A DNA stretch of 64,000 bases from an uncultured virus (IMG/VR IMGVR_UViG_3300047407_000118). Taxonomy: Duplodnaviria > Heunggongvirae > Uroviricota > Caudoviricetes. Shown here in pieces: positions 36,328 to 48,000 of this stretch (within the stretch, counting starts at the first letter, position 1; every line of letters begins with the position of its first letter). Location of the stretch: positions 1 through 64,000 of IMG/VR virus record IMGVR_UViG_3300047407_000118; one strand, written 5' to 3'. The position numbers were made by a program, and so were the translations under genes. A model generated the notes under the pieces. It was not told the origin of the DNA, did not search any database, and was given only the letters and a program-made list of their open reading frames with translations.

Positions 36328-37476
36328 CTAGCGCACACGCAGTATGATCATATCCGCATTGCCCCGACCATTGAATTTGGTCTCGGTGCTACGGATCTCT
36401 CGGAACACTTTACGCGCAGCAGGAGCGCCCCCACTCATGAGGCTCTTGAGCTGCTCCTTGGGTTTACGCAGGGTCTTGCGCACACTTTTGGTGGTATCAT
36501 AGCCGATCAGGCCCGTGCCCTTGACCGAAAACGAACCCAGCAAATCTTCATGCACCACGTAGATCAGCTTACGGCGTCGGGTATCATAGAGCCAGGCTTC
36601 TTGGGCATCCACCAAATCGGTCACTGGCACTGATTTCAATCCCAGTTCAGCAAACTCTCGCAGATACTTGAAACGTGCCGTGAGCTTTTCGGGACTCACG
36701 GGCTTTTTCTTGCGCGGTTTGCGCTCGACCTTTTTGACCTGCACATAGCTGGCGCAATCGGCCACGACCTGTTCGGCAAATCGCACCATGTTGCGGACCT
36801 GGATCTTACTGAATCGGCCATAGCCCTCCACGAGATCGGCATCGCGCCCCTGGGCAGCTTCTTGCAGTTCAGCCGCTACCTGTCGCCAGTGCTGTGCGAT
36901 CTCGCCCACCATTTGGGGCACGACATTGCGCTCACGCAGTATGGTCATGGGCTGGATATCTGCGGTCATCTTGGCACCGGCCAAGATCATGGAGTCAAAC
37001 AAGCCTTCGATATCACCGCCGGTTTCCAGCATTTTTTCGCGCAGGCGATCTTGGATATTGGGTCGCGGTGCTGCGGGTTTTTCTTGTACCTGGACGTCGT
37101 CCTCGCCCTGCTGCAAGGCCGCTTGGATATGATCCGCGATCACCCGACGTTCACGCTCATCCAGCGGCCAACCCATGACGTTCATGCGGCATAGCCAGCC
37201 CGGGGTGGTGCTGAAGTTTCGTTCATTGCTGCGGGCCACGCGCTGGCAAGCCGCGGCCGGGAATTCGTTACGACCCATCCAGTCGATCACGAACTTCTTG
37301 GCATCTTTGCTGTCGCAGTAATAGTTATACCAGGCAAACGCATGCAGCTGAGCCAGCCTACGGGCCGCGTCATCTTGGGGTAGCTTGGTCCACTGGGGTT
37401 CATTGCCCATGTATTTGGTGTCGGCGTCCCGGGGCATGATGGGCTTTGCGGGTTTGGCGTCAATCTTGCTCTTCAT
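36328..37476 (-). CDS. hypothetical phage protein
   Basis: 382 aa; WYNY, IQDRLREK, KTLRKP, NGRGN motifs; function unknown. Confidence 0.75.
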   Translation of the reverse strand: MKSKIDAKPAKPIMPRDADTKYMGNEPQWTKLPQDDAARRLAQLHAFAWYNYYCDSKDAKKFVIDWMGRNEFPAAACQRVARSNERNFSTTPGWLCRMNVMGWPLDERERRVIADHIQAALQQGEDDVQVQEKPAAPRPNIQDRLREKMLETGGDIEGLFDSMILAGAKMTADIQPMTILRERNVVPQMVGEIAQHWRQVAAELQEAAQGRDADLVEGYGRFSKIQVRNMVRFAEQVVADCASYVQVKKVERKPRKKKPVSPEKLTARFKYLREFAELGLKSVPVTDLVDAQEAWLYDTRRRKLIYVVHEDLLGSFSVKGTGLIGYDTTKSVRKTLRKPKEQLKSLMSGGAPAARKVFREIRSTETKFNGRGNADMIILRVR

Positions 37477-37744
37477 TGGGATTCCTCATCAAAGAAGCGA
37501 ATATAACATGTCCTTCAAAATTGGTCAAGGCCTCTTGGGCCTGCTGCATCAGGTTCTCAAACTGGGGTGTGGGATTGCGACGCCTACGCGAGATCACGCG
37601 CTCTTGATCGGCCCGGCGCAAGAGATCTATTGCGGGGCGACTCATGCGCCTGAGATCGCGGCGCGCAAAACGCGGCAAGCGTTCAATGCGCTCCAGACTC
37701 TGTTGCAGCCTGGAGTTTAGCTCGTCCCAATCTTCCAGTTTCAT
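37460..37744 (-). CDS. hypothetical early protein
   Basis: 94 aa, 6 nt downstream of a -10 box. Confidence 0.7.
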   Translation of the reverse strand: MKLEDWDELNSRLQQSLERIERLPRFARRDLRRMSRPAIDLLRRADQERVISRRRRNPTPQFENLMQQAQEALTNFEGHVIFASLMRNPNEEQD

Positions 37745-37750
37745 ACAGTT

Positions 37751-37793
37751 ATTTTAGCTGATCGATCAATTCTGGTCAACCACCCCATAAATA
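37751..37793. promoter_or_regulatory. back-to-back early (-) and late (+) promoters
   Basis: Minus: TTGACC(37779-74)-17-TAAAAT(37756-51). Plus: TAAATA 37788-37793, 7 nt before ATG 37801. Confidence 0.7.
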
Positions 37794-37800
37794 CAGCACT

Positions 37801-39342
37801 ATGCCCAAACTCAGTTTATGGCGTCCCAATAGGACCCGTGATTATCAGTATCTAGATCGTATCATTAGCGAGCGCTATACCGTGGGTGGTATGGACATCT
37901 TTGTGCACAAATACATGGGCCCGCAGACCGGGGGCGAAGATTCGACCTTTAGCGGTAACGCAGATGCCACCCAACCCGTGTACGAAACACAGAGTCCGCT
38001 CAACATACAGGACCTGCTGTTGTTGGAAAACCGCGATAGGATCTATGATCAAGACATCTACGTCATGCGCGGTGTATATACCCATCAAGACATCGACTTT
38101 GATCTCACCCAGTTTGGTCTATTTCTCAACAGTGATACCCTGTTCATGACATTTCACTTCAATGACATGATTGACACATTTGGGCGAAAACTCATGAACG
38201 GAGATGTGTTGGAACTGCCCAATCTCAAAGACTACTATCCGCTCAATGCAGCCACGCCCGAACCACTGCCGCGATACTATGTGATACAAGATGCCAACTA
38301 CGCCAGTGAAGGACTCAGCCAGACCTGGTTACCACACATCTGGCGTGTCAAGGCCACACCCTTGACCAACGCCCAGGAATTCAAAGACATCTTGAAAAAG
38401 CCCATGGTCAATAGTACCATCTGGGATAGCGACAATTTCTATCCGCAGAACAGCGTGGTCAATTACAACAATACCTACTATCGTGCTGGTGCGAATGTTC
38501 CAGCCGGTACCGACATCACCAACACCACCTACTGGACACCGTACACTCCGGGCACACAAGACGAGCTCATGACCACCCGGTTGAAGGATCAAGCAATCGA
38601 CGATGCCATACTCACACAAGCCGATGTGGAAGTACCTGCATCCGGTTATGATGTCAAGAGCTATTACATCGTGCCCACGGTACAAGGTGTGCCTGTAACC
38701 CCAGCTATATGGAATCTCTGGGATCGAGACTCAGCCTACAATGCGGGTACCGTGGTCAATATTGATCGACAGTACTGGACTGCTCGGGCTGACGTGCCGC
38801 CGGGTGTGCAAATATCCAATCAGGAATACTGGACCCCTTATCAGGCCAGTGCAGGTGGGCAACCGGCCAGCCCTGATACCCTATATACCAACAGCGCCAC
38901 CACAGTGGACGGTACCCAAGGCGGTATGAATGTTACGCCCCAGGGCGATGGCTACACCGTAGGATACCTTACCGGTGATGGTGTACCGCCCAATGGTCTG
39001 CCTTGCGGTGTAGGTACCACGTTCCCATCTGGTGCTGTACCCGGCGATTACTTTTTGCGCTTGGATTATTTTCCTAACCGCCTGTTTAGATACAATGGTT
39101 CACGCTGGTTACACATCGAAGACAAAGTTCGTACCAATCTCAACAATGGCAGTGTGAACGACACCCTGCGCAGCAGCTTTGTCAACAACACCTACACCAC
39201 GGCCACCACGGATCAGGGCAACATACCCAGCCGTCAGAGTCTCAGCGAAGTGCTACGACCTCGTGCGGACAATGGCAGCCAGGGCGGTCACTTTCCCGCC
39301 AAGCCCTATCCCAACACACAACCTGGACAGAAATCTAGCTGA
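37801..39342 (+). CDS. neck/head-closure protein, gp14-like
   Basis: DLTQFGLFL, GRKLMNGDVLELP; located before the gp15-like gene. Confidence 0.6.
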   Translation: MPKLSLWRPNRTRDYQYLDRIISERYTVGGMDIFVHKYMGPQTGGEDSTFSGNADATQPVYETQSPLNIQDLLLLENRDRIYDQDIYVMRGVYTHQDIDFDLTQFGLFLNSDTLFMTFHFNDMIDTFGRKLMNGDVLELPNLKDYYPLNAATPEPLPRYYVIQDANYASEGLSQTWLPHIWRVKATPLTNAQEFKDILKKPMVNSTIWDSDNFYPQNSVVNYNNTYYRAGANVPAGTDITNTTYWTPYTPGTQDELMTTRLKDQAIDDAILTQADVEVPASGYDVKSYYIVPTVQGVPVTPAIWNLWDRDSAYNAGTVVNIDRQYWTARADVPPGVQISNQEYWTPYQASAGGQPASPDTLYTNSATTVDGTQGGMNVTPQGDGYTVGYLTGDGVPPNGLPCGVGTTFPSGAVPGDYFLRLDYFPNRLFRYNGSRWLHIEDKVRTNLNNGSVNDTLRSSFVNNTYTTATTDQGNIPSRQSLSEVLRPRADNGSQGGHFPAKPYPNTQPGQKSS

Positions 39343-39344
39343 TC

Positions 39345-40763
39345 ATGACAATCACTCAAGAATTTTTTTATGACGAGCAAATAAGACGCTTCCTCCTGCA
39401 GTTTACCCGAGCGGTATCGGGTTTTCAGGTGGAATATGGTCGTGACAAAGACGACCCCAACAAGATGGCTCTGCTACGAGTGCCAGTGCGCTACGGTGAT
39501 GCCACTCGTAATGCCCAAACCATCATACAGGAAAATTCCGCTAACAATTTGCCTAGCACTCCGCTCATGACCTTTTATATCACCAGTCTCACCTATGATC
39601 GTCAGCGACTGCAAGAACCCTATCATGTGAACAAGGTATCTGTGCGCCAACGCACCTATGATCCAGCTACCGAAACTTATGAAACCACGCAGGGCAATGC
39701 GTTTACTGTGGAACGCCTGATGCCGGTACCCTACAAAATGAGTATCAATCTAGACATCTGGACATCAAATACCAATCAAAAATGGCAGCTATGGGAACAG
39801 TTGTCGGCCCTGTTCAATCCCAGTCTGGAAGTAACGAGCACCGATAACTTCCTGGACTGGACCAGCCTGTCTGTGATCGAACTGGATGACACTGTGTATA
39901 CCAGTCGTAGCATACCCATGGGCACCGATAACCCCATAGACATCGCCACATGGAAATTCAACATACCCATTTGGCTGAGCAGTCCAGTCAAGGTCAAGAA
40001 GCTGGGAGTGGTAGAACGTGTGGTCATGAGCATGTATGATGCCCAAGGCGATTTCAACGACGCTATCACCAACAACGATCTCTTGTTGGGTACTCGTGTG
40101 ATGGTCACACCCTGGAACTACAAGTTGGTTGTCATAGACAATGCCATACAGATTCTCTACAACCCTACCATCGTGCCCAATGGCAGTCTGGCTGATCTTG
40201 GACCCACAGCCATCGTGGCCGACAGCCCCCTGCTATGGCCTGCCGTGATAGGCGCCTATGGTGTGTTGAGACCTGGAATCAGTCAGATCCGACTGAATCT
40301 ACCACCTGAAAATCCCGACACACAGATCGTGGGTACCATTGTTGTTGATCCCAACGATGATCGCCTGGTGATTTTCACGCCAGATGCGGATACGGTACCA
40401 CAAAATACTCTCGAACCCATCAATGCCATCATAGATCCACTAATTAGTGCGCCAGGCGATGGCCTACCCACGCCCGCCACAGGCACTAGATATCTCTTGA
40501 CCCAGGCCACTGGTAGCTGGTCCAACAGTGATAACCCTTTGGCCTGGCTGGGCGAACAGGATCAACCCTTGGTGGCTCAGGCCAACGACATCATAGAGTG
40601 GATGGGCACACGCTGGCGCGTGGTTTTTGTGGCCGCGGATGAATCTACCCAACAGTTCGTGACCAACATAACTACAGGTACACAGTACGAGTGGACCGGC
40701 GAATTCTGGAAGAAAAGTTATCAAGGTGTATACATGGGTGGTGAATGGAATCTAGTGTTGTAA
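39345..40763 (+). CDS. tail sheath stabiliser/terminator, gp15-like
   Basis: FFYDEQIRRF, VPVRYG, MPVPY, EQLSALFNP. Confidence 0.75.
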   Translation: MTITQEFFYDEQIRRFLLQFTRAVSGFQVEYGRDKDDPNKMALLRVPVRYGDATRNAQTIIQENSANNLPSTPLMTFYITSLTYDRQRLQEPYHVNKVSVRQRTYDPATETYETTQGNAFTVERLMPVPYKMSINLDIWTSNTNQKWQLWEQLSALFNPSLEVTSTDNFLDWTSLSVIELDDTVYTSRSIPMGTDNPIDIATWKFNIPIWLSSPVKVKKLGVVERVVMSMYDAQGDFNDAITNNDLLLGTRVMVTPWNYKLVVIDNAIQILYNPTIVPNGSLADLGPTAIVADSPLLWPAVIGAYGVLRPGISQIRLNLPPENPDTQIVGTIVVDPNDDRLVIFTPDADTVPQNTLEPINAIIDPLISAPGDGLPTPATGTRYLLTQATGSWSNSDNPLAWLGEQDQPLVAQANDIIEWMGTRWRVVFVAADESTQQFVTNITTGTQYEWTGEFWKKSYQGVYMGGEWNLVL

Positions 40764-41173
40764 AAGCAGTAGGTGTGTGGTTCCGAGCTGTCACTACCGG
40801 TCGTTATCTCTATCTCATGCGCAATGATCCCCGGCATCCCCAGGTCTGGGGCCTGCCCGGCGGCAAAATTGAATCAGGCGAAACGCTCTTGGGTGGTATG
40901 GAACGCGAATGCTGCGAAGAACTGGGCCGCATGCCCTCGTATCTACGCCTGATGCCTCTGGAGAAATTTACCAGCGCCGACGGACATTTTGAATACAACA
41001 CCTGGGTGTGTGTGGTGGCCGAGGAATTCCAACCCCGACTCAACTCGGAACACTTGGGCTATGCCTGGATCGATGCGGGACAATGGCCTCGGCCCATGCA
41101 TCCCGGTCTCTGGAACGTGATCAACATTGAAGATGTACAGGGCAAACTGCGCTTGATCGAAGCTAGCTCTTGA
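40745..41173 (+). CDS. NUDIX hydrolase
   Basis: WGLPGGKIESGETLLGGMERECCEELG Nudix box. Confidence 0.9.
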   Translation: MESSVVKAVGVWFRAVTTGRYLYLMRNDPRHPQVWGLPGGKIESGETLLGGMERECCEELGRMPSYLRLMPLEKFTSADGHFEYNTWVCVVAEEFQPRLNSEHLGYAWIDAGQWPRPMHPGLWNVINIEDVQGKLRLIEASS

Positions 41174-42392
41174 CAGTGCCAAACAGGTAGTGGTCCGCTG
41201 GTTTGACCGCGGTACCAAGATCGCGCAGTTGATCACGAACTGGGGCATTGATCAGATCCGGATGCACCCACCAGTCTTCGTAGCTGTGCGTGAGATCAAA
41301 GGCTACATCTCCGGCCATGAGTTCGTAGCCCTGTTTCCTTAGATAATCGCGACTGCGATCTCGCACACCGGGATCGGCATAGTAGTCATGCTCAAAGGTC
41401 ACCACAGCAAATCGATAGCGGTCCCAAGGCATGCTCATCAAGATGCGGAGGCTGTTTTCGGGCGGCTCGCAGTCTATCTGTAGATAGCCTAGATCTCGGG
41501 GCGCGCCATACTGCGCTAGTAGGGCTGCATAGTCGGTACGGGTAGCATCCTGGCACAATACTGTGTTACGCCGCTGACGACCAAAGTCTTCTACCTTGGC
41601 CTGGTTTATGTCCAGGCTGATACCACGCCAGCCAAAGCGCGTTTCTAGCAGAGCCGTGTTGTTGTGGTAAAAGGGTTCGGCGCTGCCCACTTCGAGATAC
41701 CATTTTTCTCGTTGGCCTTGATTGGCTGCCAAAACAAATATGTCCTGCAGACTCTGACTGTGGTTTTGTGAGAGGTCGTGTAGTCCCGAGAAAGCACAGC
41801 GTATGTGGTTGGCCTGACTGGGATCAAAGGGCAGATTCAGTCGCGGCCAACCGCACACCTGGAGATTGCGATCGCAGGCGTTGCGATGTATGTCATCAAG
41901 TGGATGGCTATAGCGCAGCTCAAACATCATGCGTCGGCTCTGTTCACATTCACCCACCCACCAGGCACACACTGCCTGTTCAAACAACAAGCCCCAGCGT
42001 CCGGGATATTCCACATTGGTCAAAAGTGGTGCGTGATCCCAGCTGCAAATCTTGAGAGCCATGTTGCTCATGGTCCAACCCTCGTGCCATTGCTCCTGGC
42101 GTTCGTGTGCTCGAGCTAGTAGGAAGTAGGCCTCGGGTCGATCCATCATGAGATTGATGGCCTTTTGCAACAGTACCTTTTGGGTGTCGTCGCGTGTTTT
42201 TTGCTTGCCAAAGCAGAGAGACATACGCAGCAAACTCTCGTATTGCAGCAAGATGTCCTGAGCTCGTTCGGCGGTGCGCAGATAAAAGCTGATGGCAGCA
42301 CCAGTCTGGCCCAGGAGTTCATACTCCAGACCCAGATGAAAGTTGCAGCCAGCATCTTCGGGGTTATTGACGTAGTCTAAGAGATGTTTCAT
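41163..42392 (-). CDS. TPR domain plus FkbM-like methyltransferase
   Basis: N-terminal TPR-like helices (RPEAYF); SQSLQD, YLEVGS, NNTALLE, YLQIDCE, TFEHD. Confidence 0.75.
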   Translation of the reverse strand: MKHLLDYVNNPEDAGCNFHLGLEYELLGQTGAAISFYLRTAERAQDILLQYESLLRMSLCFGKQKTRDDTQKVLLQKAINLMMDRPEAYFLLARAHERQEQWHEGWTMSNMALKICSWDHAPLLTNVEYPGRWGLLFEQAVCAWWVGECEQSRRMMFELRYSHPLDDIHRNACDRNLQVCGWPRLNLPFDPSQANHIRCAFSGLHDLSQNHSQSLQDIFVLAANQGQREKWYLEVGSAEPFYHNNTALLETRFGWRGISLDINQAKVEDFGRQRRNTVLCQDATRTDYAALLAQYGAPRDLGYLQIDCEPPENSLRILMSMPWDRYRFAVVTFEHDYYADPGVRDRSRDYLRKQGYELMAGDVAFDLTHSYEDWWVHPDLINAPVRDQLRDLGTAVKPADHYLFGTVKS

Positions 42393-44974
42393 CGTGGATA
42401 AAATCGCATGGGTTGTGGTGCGGGATGCGCACCATTTTCGCAGCTGGTACAGATATCATAGCAGGTATTGGCCTGAGGTATGACTTGTTCGTAGCTGTGA
42501 CTGTCTAGGTTGCCGATGATATTGTCCAGGCCATAATCCATGCAGCATAGACTAACATCACCATTGGGCATCAGTACGTTGTGATAGAGATTTTCTACAC
42601 ACCCGCAGGTACGCGGACCATCGGTGTGCTTGATGCGGTTCCAACGATGCTTGATATCCATGAGCTCGGGCTTTAGTATGGCCTCACGGCTGAGATTGCC
42701 GGCTCTGTCCCACATCTGTCCCACCACAAAGGTCTGATCAAAACAATGGGCCACTGCAGGATGAACCTCACGGCCCATGCTCATGACCTTGAAGTTGGTG
42801 ATGCGCTGATGATTGTCTCGGATCCATTCGCATAGTTTGATATATCGGGGTGTGATGGGATGTTTGGCCAAGAGTTCGCTGTCGGGCAAATGAAAGGTAA
42901 AACCACCATTGGGTTCGCCCACAAATGGTATATGGGCTATGCGTTCCATATCCTCGATGCTCATGCCTATACCCGTGGTAAACACGCTGATGGGATGACC
43001 TTGCTCATGGGCATACAACACCATGTCTGAGCAGTGTCGGTTCAACCAAGGTTCTACAAAACCCGAAAATGTGATACGCACGTCTTGGGGTATTTTGTCG
43101 ACCCATCGCTGGAAATCTTCCAGCTGCATGATCCGGTTGCCCTTGTAACTTTCTACCAACAGCCGCTGGGGACAGAACACACAATCTACCGTGCATCCGC
43201 CCTGGGGCACCGAAGTGGTCACCTCCATGGTGGGAGCCGGGTGATGTTGCCAGGGTTTCTTTTGTTCCAGGGGCACACGGTTGTCGATCCACACATTGAT
43301 AGCGGAATAGAATTCAATAAACCAGTCCGACCATAGATTGGGTTTGATATCCACGTAGTCCAGGCTTTCTATGCGATGCGAAGTCATTTGCCTGAGATAG
43401 GTATCACGGAAACGTCGGAATTTTTGTTTCAGTTCAGGAGTGTTGAGATGGAATTCACCGGCGATCTTGCGCACATTGCGATTTATCCACTCAAAATTGG
43501 CATCATTGAAGATCTCGTACTCACCACCTTCGCAGTCGGTCTTGACGAAGTCTATGTGATCCAGATCATACTGGGCCAAAATGGCCGGGAAGGCTATGGT
43601 ATCCACGGGTTTGGCATCAGATCCATCGCTGATATCTACTCGAGCCGGGTCAAATAGTCCTGCTATCATGTTGGTGCCGGTGGTAGCGGCCATGGCACGA
43701 TTGATCAGCGTGGCTGAAATATCCAGACGCTTGGCATTCTTCTCCAGGGTACGGAACAGATTGGACTCGGGTTCAAGACACAGGATACGTTTTATATTTT
43801 TGTTGGCCAGGCTCCATAGGAAAGGACCCGAACTGGCTCCCACATCCAGCACAGTATCACCGGGTTCAACCGGGAAAAATTTCTGATATACGTCATGGTT
43901 GAAGATTTCATCATAGACTTGTTCCATGAACCAAGGATTGGCCTGGATGGCTCCCCAGTTGAATCCGCGAGTGTTGAGATTTTTGCCCCAGATCAAATCG
44001 TCCAACAATGTTCGTGGCATGCGTAGCACAAAAGCCGCATTGTCTTGATAACCAAAGCTGAGAGCCAGATCATCGCCCAACCAGGCAGCGCCGCAACAGA
44101 ATTCGATGTCGGCGTTCATGAACGAAAAACTCGGCGTCACGCGGATCATTTCCCAGTCACGGTTCCAGACTATGAACCTATGTCGATACACCGCATCTTT
44201 TTGACCGTGCTCGCTCTTGAATAGATCTACTTCATGGGTCAGGGCCAGATAAAATTCTCCGTAGGGTATGACTTGGCTACTGCCCCTGGGATCTGGCAAA
44301 TTTGGGATGCGCGATCGCTCATCTATGAATATGGTCTTGGTCTCTTTGGTCAGGGGATCATATCTGACCACTTCAGTGGGATTGGTCCATTTGACATAGG
44401 TGTAGGGTTGATCCAGCACCGGCATCCAGTTCTTTTCGCAATAGCTGGTGTCAGTGCCCGGGGCCGGCATGCGTTGGCGACTGATTTCCCGTAGATCTTG
44501 GATTTCGCTGAGCTCCATGCGTCCTTGTCCGTTGACCGTGGTGTCCCGGCGCACACCAGTATAGTACAGGCGTCCACACCAGCGTACCACACGCGCATCT
44601 TCTAGTCCAACAAATTCCCAGATAGGCTCCACATCCAGGGCCGAAGTGTCTATCTGATCCACGGTCTCGATGTTGAGATTTGGGTCTAGCACGGCCAGAT
44701 AATTCCAGGTGCGCAGATGGCGATCATTTTCGGGATGCAGATACTGCAAGGGCCCGTAGCGATGCTGGAATTTTTTGTTTTCGCTGTGGTACAGCGTATA
44801 GTTCACATGCCGAATATTGCATAATATGCGATCCCCGTCCACATAGATCGATGGGTTCATGAGACCGGTACCATTGGTTTTTTCTGCTGGTATGATCAGG
44901 GGATGCAGGGAACCGCCCCGGGACAATGCTACTGATACTAGACCATTTTTCTCTACTGCTTGGGCATCATTCAT
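42389..44974 (-). CDS. GH130-like beta-propeller, FkbM methyltransferase and radical SAM/SPASM fusion
   Basis: NPSI, GLEDAR, EKNWMP, IEFCCG; LDVGASSG, KTDCEGGE; CTVDCVFC, PNGDVSLCCMD. Confidence 0.8.
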   Translation of the reverse strand: MNDAQAVEKNGLVSVALSRGGSLHPLIIPAEKTNGTGLMNPSIYVDGDRILCNIRHVNYTLYHSENKKFQHRYGPLQYLHPENDRHLRTWNYLAVLDPNLNIETVDQIDTSALDVEPIWEFVGLEDARVVRWCGRLYYTGVRRDTTVNGQGRMELSEIQDLREISRQRMPAPGTDTSYCEKNWMPVLDQPYTYVKWTNPTEVVRYDPLTKETKTIFIDERSRIPNLPDPRGSSQVIPYGEFYLALTHEVDLFKSEHGQKDAVYRHRFIVWNRDWEMIRVTPSFSFMNADIEFCCGAAWLGDDLALSFGYQDNAAFVLRMPRTLLDDLIWGKNLNTRGFNWGAIQANPWFMEQVYDEIFNHDVYQKFFPVEPGDTVLDVGASSGPFLWSLANKNIKRILCLEPESNLFRTLEKNAKRLDISATLINRAMAATTGTNMIAGLFDPARVDISDGSDAKPVDTIAFPAILAQYDLDHIDFVKTDCEGGEYEIFNDANFEWINRNVRKIAGEFHLNTPELKQKFRRFRDTYLRQMTSHRIESLDYVDIKPNLWSDWFIEFYSAINVWIDNRVPLEQKKPWQHHPAPTMEVTTSVPQGGCTVDCVFCPQRLLVESYKGNRIMQLEDFQRWVDKIPQDVRITFSGFVEPWLNRHCSDMVLYAHEQGHPISVFTTGIGMSIEDMERIAHIPFVGEPNGGFTFHLPDSELLAKHPITPRYIKLCEWIRDNHQRITNFKVMSMGREVHPAVAHCFDQTFVVGQMWDRAGNLSREAILKPELMDIKHRWNRIKHTDGPRTCGCVENLYHNVLMPNGDVSLCCMDYGLDNIIGNLDSHSYEQVIPQANTCYDICTSCENGAHPAPQPMRFYPR

Positions 44975-45037
44975 ATGTTTAGTTATAATGCCAAGCGTGG
45001 ATGCCTATAATTTCCGTCTAGATTAGATATTTTGAGT

Positions 45038-48000
45038 TTATAATCTTCCTACAACAATCTCGATCATTCCGCTAGTGCCGGCAAAATCTTCGAGCGCTTT
45101 GCCAATCACAGTGCCCATGGCCGGTTGACTACAGGCTGTGGCTGTGCCATCACCATGACTGATCATCATATCACCTTTTCTTACTTGACCTGTGACCGAT
45201 GTTGGTACTCGACCAGTCAATGCAACCGCAGTGGCATAGGGGTCTGACATCACGGAATTCATGACATAGCTGGGATTGGTTGAAACTACCCCAGCCACGC
45301 GATTATCACTGTATACGTCACTCATGGTAACTTCTTTGTTGCCACCAAAACTCAAAACCGTTCCAGGCAAATACTCTTGATCGGCCGCATAAATCTCGGC
45401 CAAGTCAGCGTATTGAGCCGAAGTGGCTTTGGCAAATACAGTATTGAAATACCCGGTGGCATTACCGATGTTGCCCACACCATTGGCTTGACCGTTGGTT
45501 ATGTCCGTGTTGACCTGGATCGTACCCGTGCCCGTGGGTGTAAGGAATACCCAGGCATTGGCCGCAGTACTGGTTATGGTGACATTACCGGTGCCATTGA
45601 GAGCAGCCGATATAACATTACCACCCGTGATGTTACCGGTCACTGATACTGTGGTACCTGTATGTGTGGTCGCATTGACGTTGGCACCACCCAAGACGTT
45701 ACCACCCGTGATATTACCAGCCACGCTCAATGCTGATCCACCGGTATTGGCTATGGCCACTGTGGTGGCTGTGTTGAATGTCACTGTGCCAGCTGCTGTT
45801 GTAGCTGTGACTGGTCCTATGGCTATAGTGGTAGTTGATCCTGCCAGTCCACCCACACCAACGTTGATGGTTTTGGTATTACCAGTTCCCGTTGCACCAG
45901 TAGATATATTGGCTGTCTGGCTGGCCGTGCTCTGACCAATAGTGATAAAACCGGTCTGACTAGTACCTCCCAATGTAATACTACCTGTGGTTTGGCTGGT
46001 ACCTATGTTGATAGACAAGTTAGTAGCTGAGAAGGTAACTGCACCAGCAGCGGTTACGGCACCACTGACGCTGATGCTGGCACCACTGATGGCCGCCACA
46101 GATATGACGTTACCACCTGTGACGTTACCAGTAATGTTGAGTGCAGATACCACGTTACCGGTCAAACTCAAACCAGCAGCATTGAGGTTACCACCCGTGA
46201 TGTTACCGGTACCCGAAACGATACCTGAGCCAAACAGAACGTTGCCACCTGTGATGTTGGCTGTTACTGATACTGTGGTACCTGTGTGTGTGGTCGCATT
46301 GACGTTGGCACCACCCAAGACGTTGCCACCCGTGATGTTACCAGTACCCGAAACGATACCTGAGCCAAATAGAACGTTACCGCCGGTGATGTTACCAGTG
46401 CCCGAAACTATACCTGAGCCAAATAGAACGTTACCACCTGTGATGTTACCAGTGGCCGATATGAGACCCGCAGTGGTCACATTACCGCCTATGACGTTGG
46501 CCACTGCACTGACTGTGCCCGCGGTTATGACACCGTACGAGGCCGCAGCCGTTGTAGTAAACGGCGTCATGGGGTTCCAATAAAGGTTAGTAGTCGGCGT
46601 TGTTACGAAGTTATTGGTACTGGAATCTTTGATATAGTTTACTGACGTGGCCGCGGACAGCAACAATTGAGTGTTGGCTATAGCCGTCAATGGTGCGGTG
46701 GACGGGGTAAACGCAGCGGTATAGACCGCGGTGCCTTTGACCGCTCTAAGATTTGTTACATATCCTACTAATTTTCCACCAAACGTATCACCATAGGCTC
46801 CCAATGCGGGTCGTCCACTGGGGCATGTGTAACTGTTAGAATCTGTATAAGTCGAACCCGACTGCGCACCATTGATCCAAAGTTTGGTGCTGCCCGATTG
46901 TCGACTAACAGCCACATGTGTCCAAGCATTGGTAGTCACAGCGCCACCAGTTATAGCAGTGGTCGCTCCAAATTGGAAAGTCCATGATCCCGTCTGACCA
47001 TTGACCACGGGTGAGACGTCAGCTGTGGAGGTCCTTTGGTCATAGACCACACCGGCTGTGAGCACGTAGACCCAAAATTCTATAGTAAAATCACCGGTAC
47101 CAAAGGCCAATGCTGTGGTTCCGGCAGCCACGGTGGCATAGTCCCCGCCACTGAAATACAGACTACCGCCAATGCCGGAACCTACCAATATGTTACCAGC
47201 CAGCACATTGCCGGCTATGCTGAGTGCGGCTTGCCCAGTGTTGGCCAAAATCGTAGTGGTACCATCATTGATAGCGAAAGTGGCGTTACCAGTTACTGGA
47301 CCCAATGACATGGTAGTGAGCGAATTTGCTGCTCCGGCTGTGCCAATATTGATATTTTTGAATCGGGCGGAAGCTGTGACTCCAGAAAACAAGTTACCGG
47401 TCTGATTGGCCGTGCTCTGACCAATTAGAATCAAACCAGTTCCCGATGTGCCACCCACAGTGAACGTACCTGTGGTTTGGCTGGTACCTATGTTGATGGT
47501 ACCGGTAGTGGTTGTAAATCCTACGTTACCACCAGCACTGATATCTGTGGTCGCTATGATATTACCACCCGTGATGTTGCCGGCCGCGCTCAGTGCTGAT
47601 CCACCGGTATTGGCTATGGCCACTGTGGTGGCTGTGTTGAATGTCACCGTAGCCGCAGCAGTGGTGGCTGTGACTGGTCCAATAGCGATGGTAGTAGTAG
47701 ATCCTGCCAGTCCACCCACACCAATATTGATGGCCTTGGTGGTGGCTGTAGCTGTGGCACCAGTGGCTATATTACAGGTCTGGGCACCTGTGCTTTGACC
47801 GATCAAGAGTAGTCCTGTTTGCGCCGTGCCGCCCAGTGTCAAAGTACCTGTGGTTTGACTGGTACCTATGTTGATGGCACCGGTGGTAGTTGAGTAGGTC
47901 ACTGCACCTGCACCGGTTGTGGCACCACTGACGCTGATGCTGGCACCGCTGATGGCCGCCACAGATATGACATTGCCACCAGTGACGTTGCTGGTAACGT

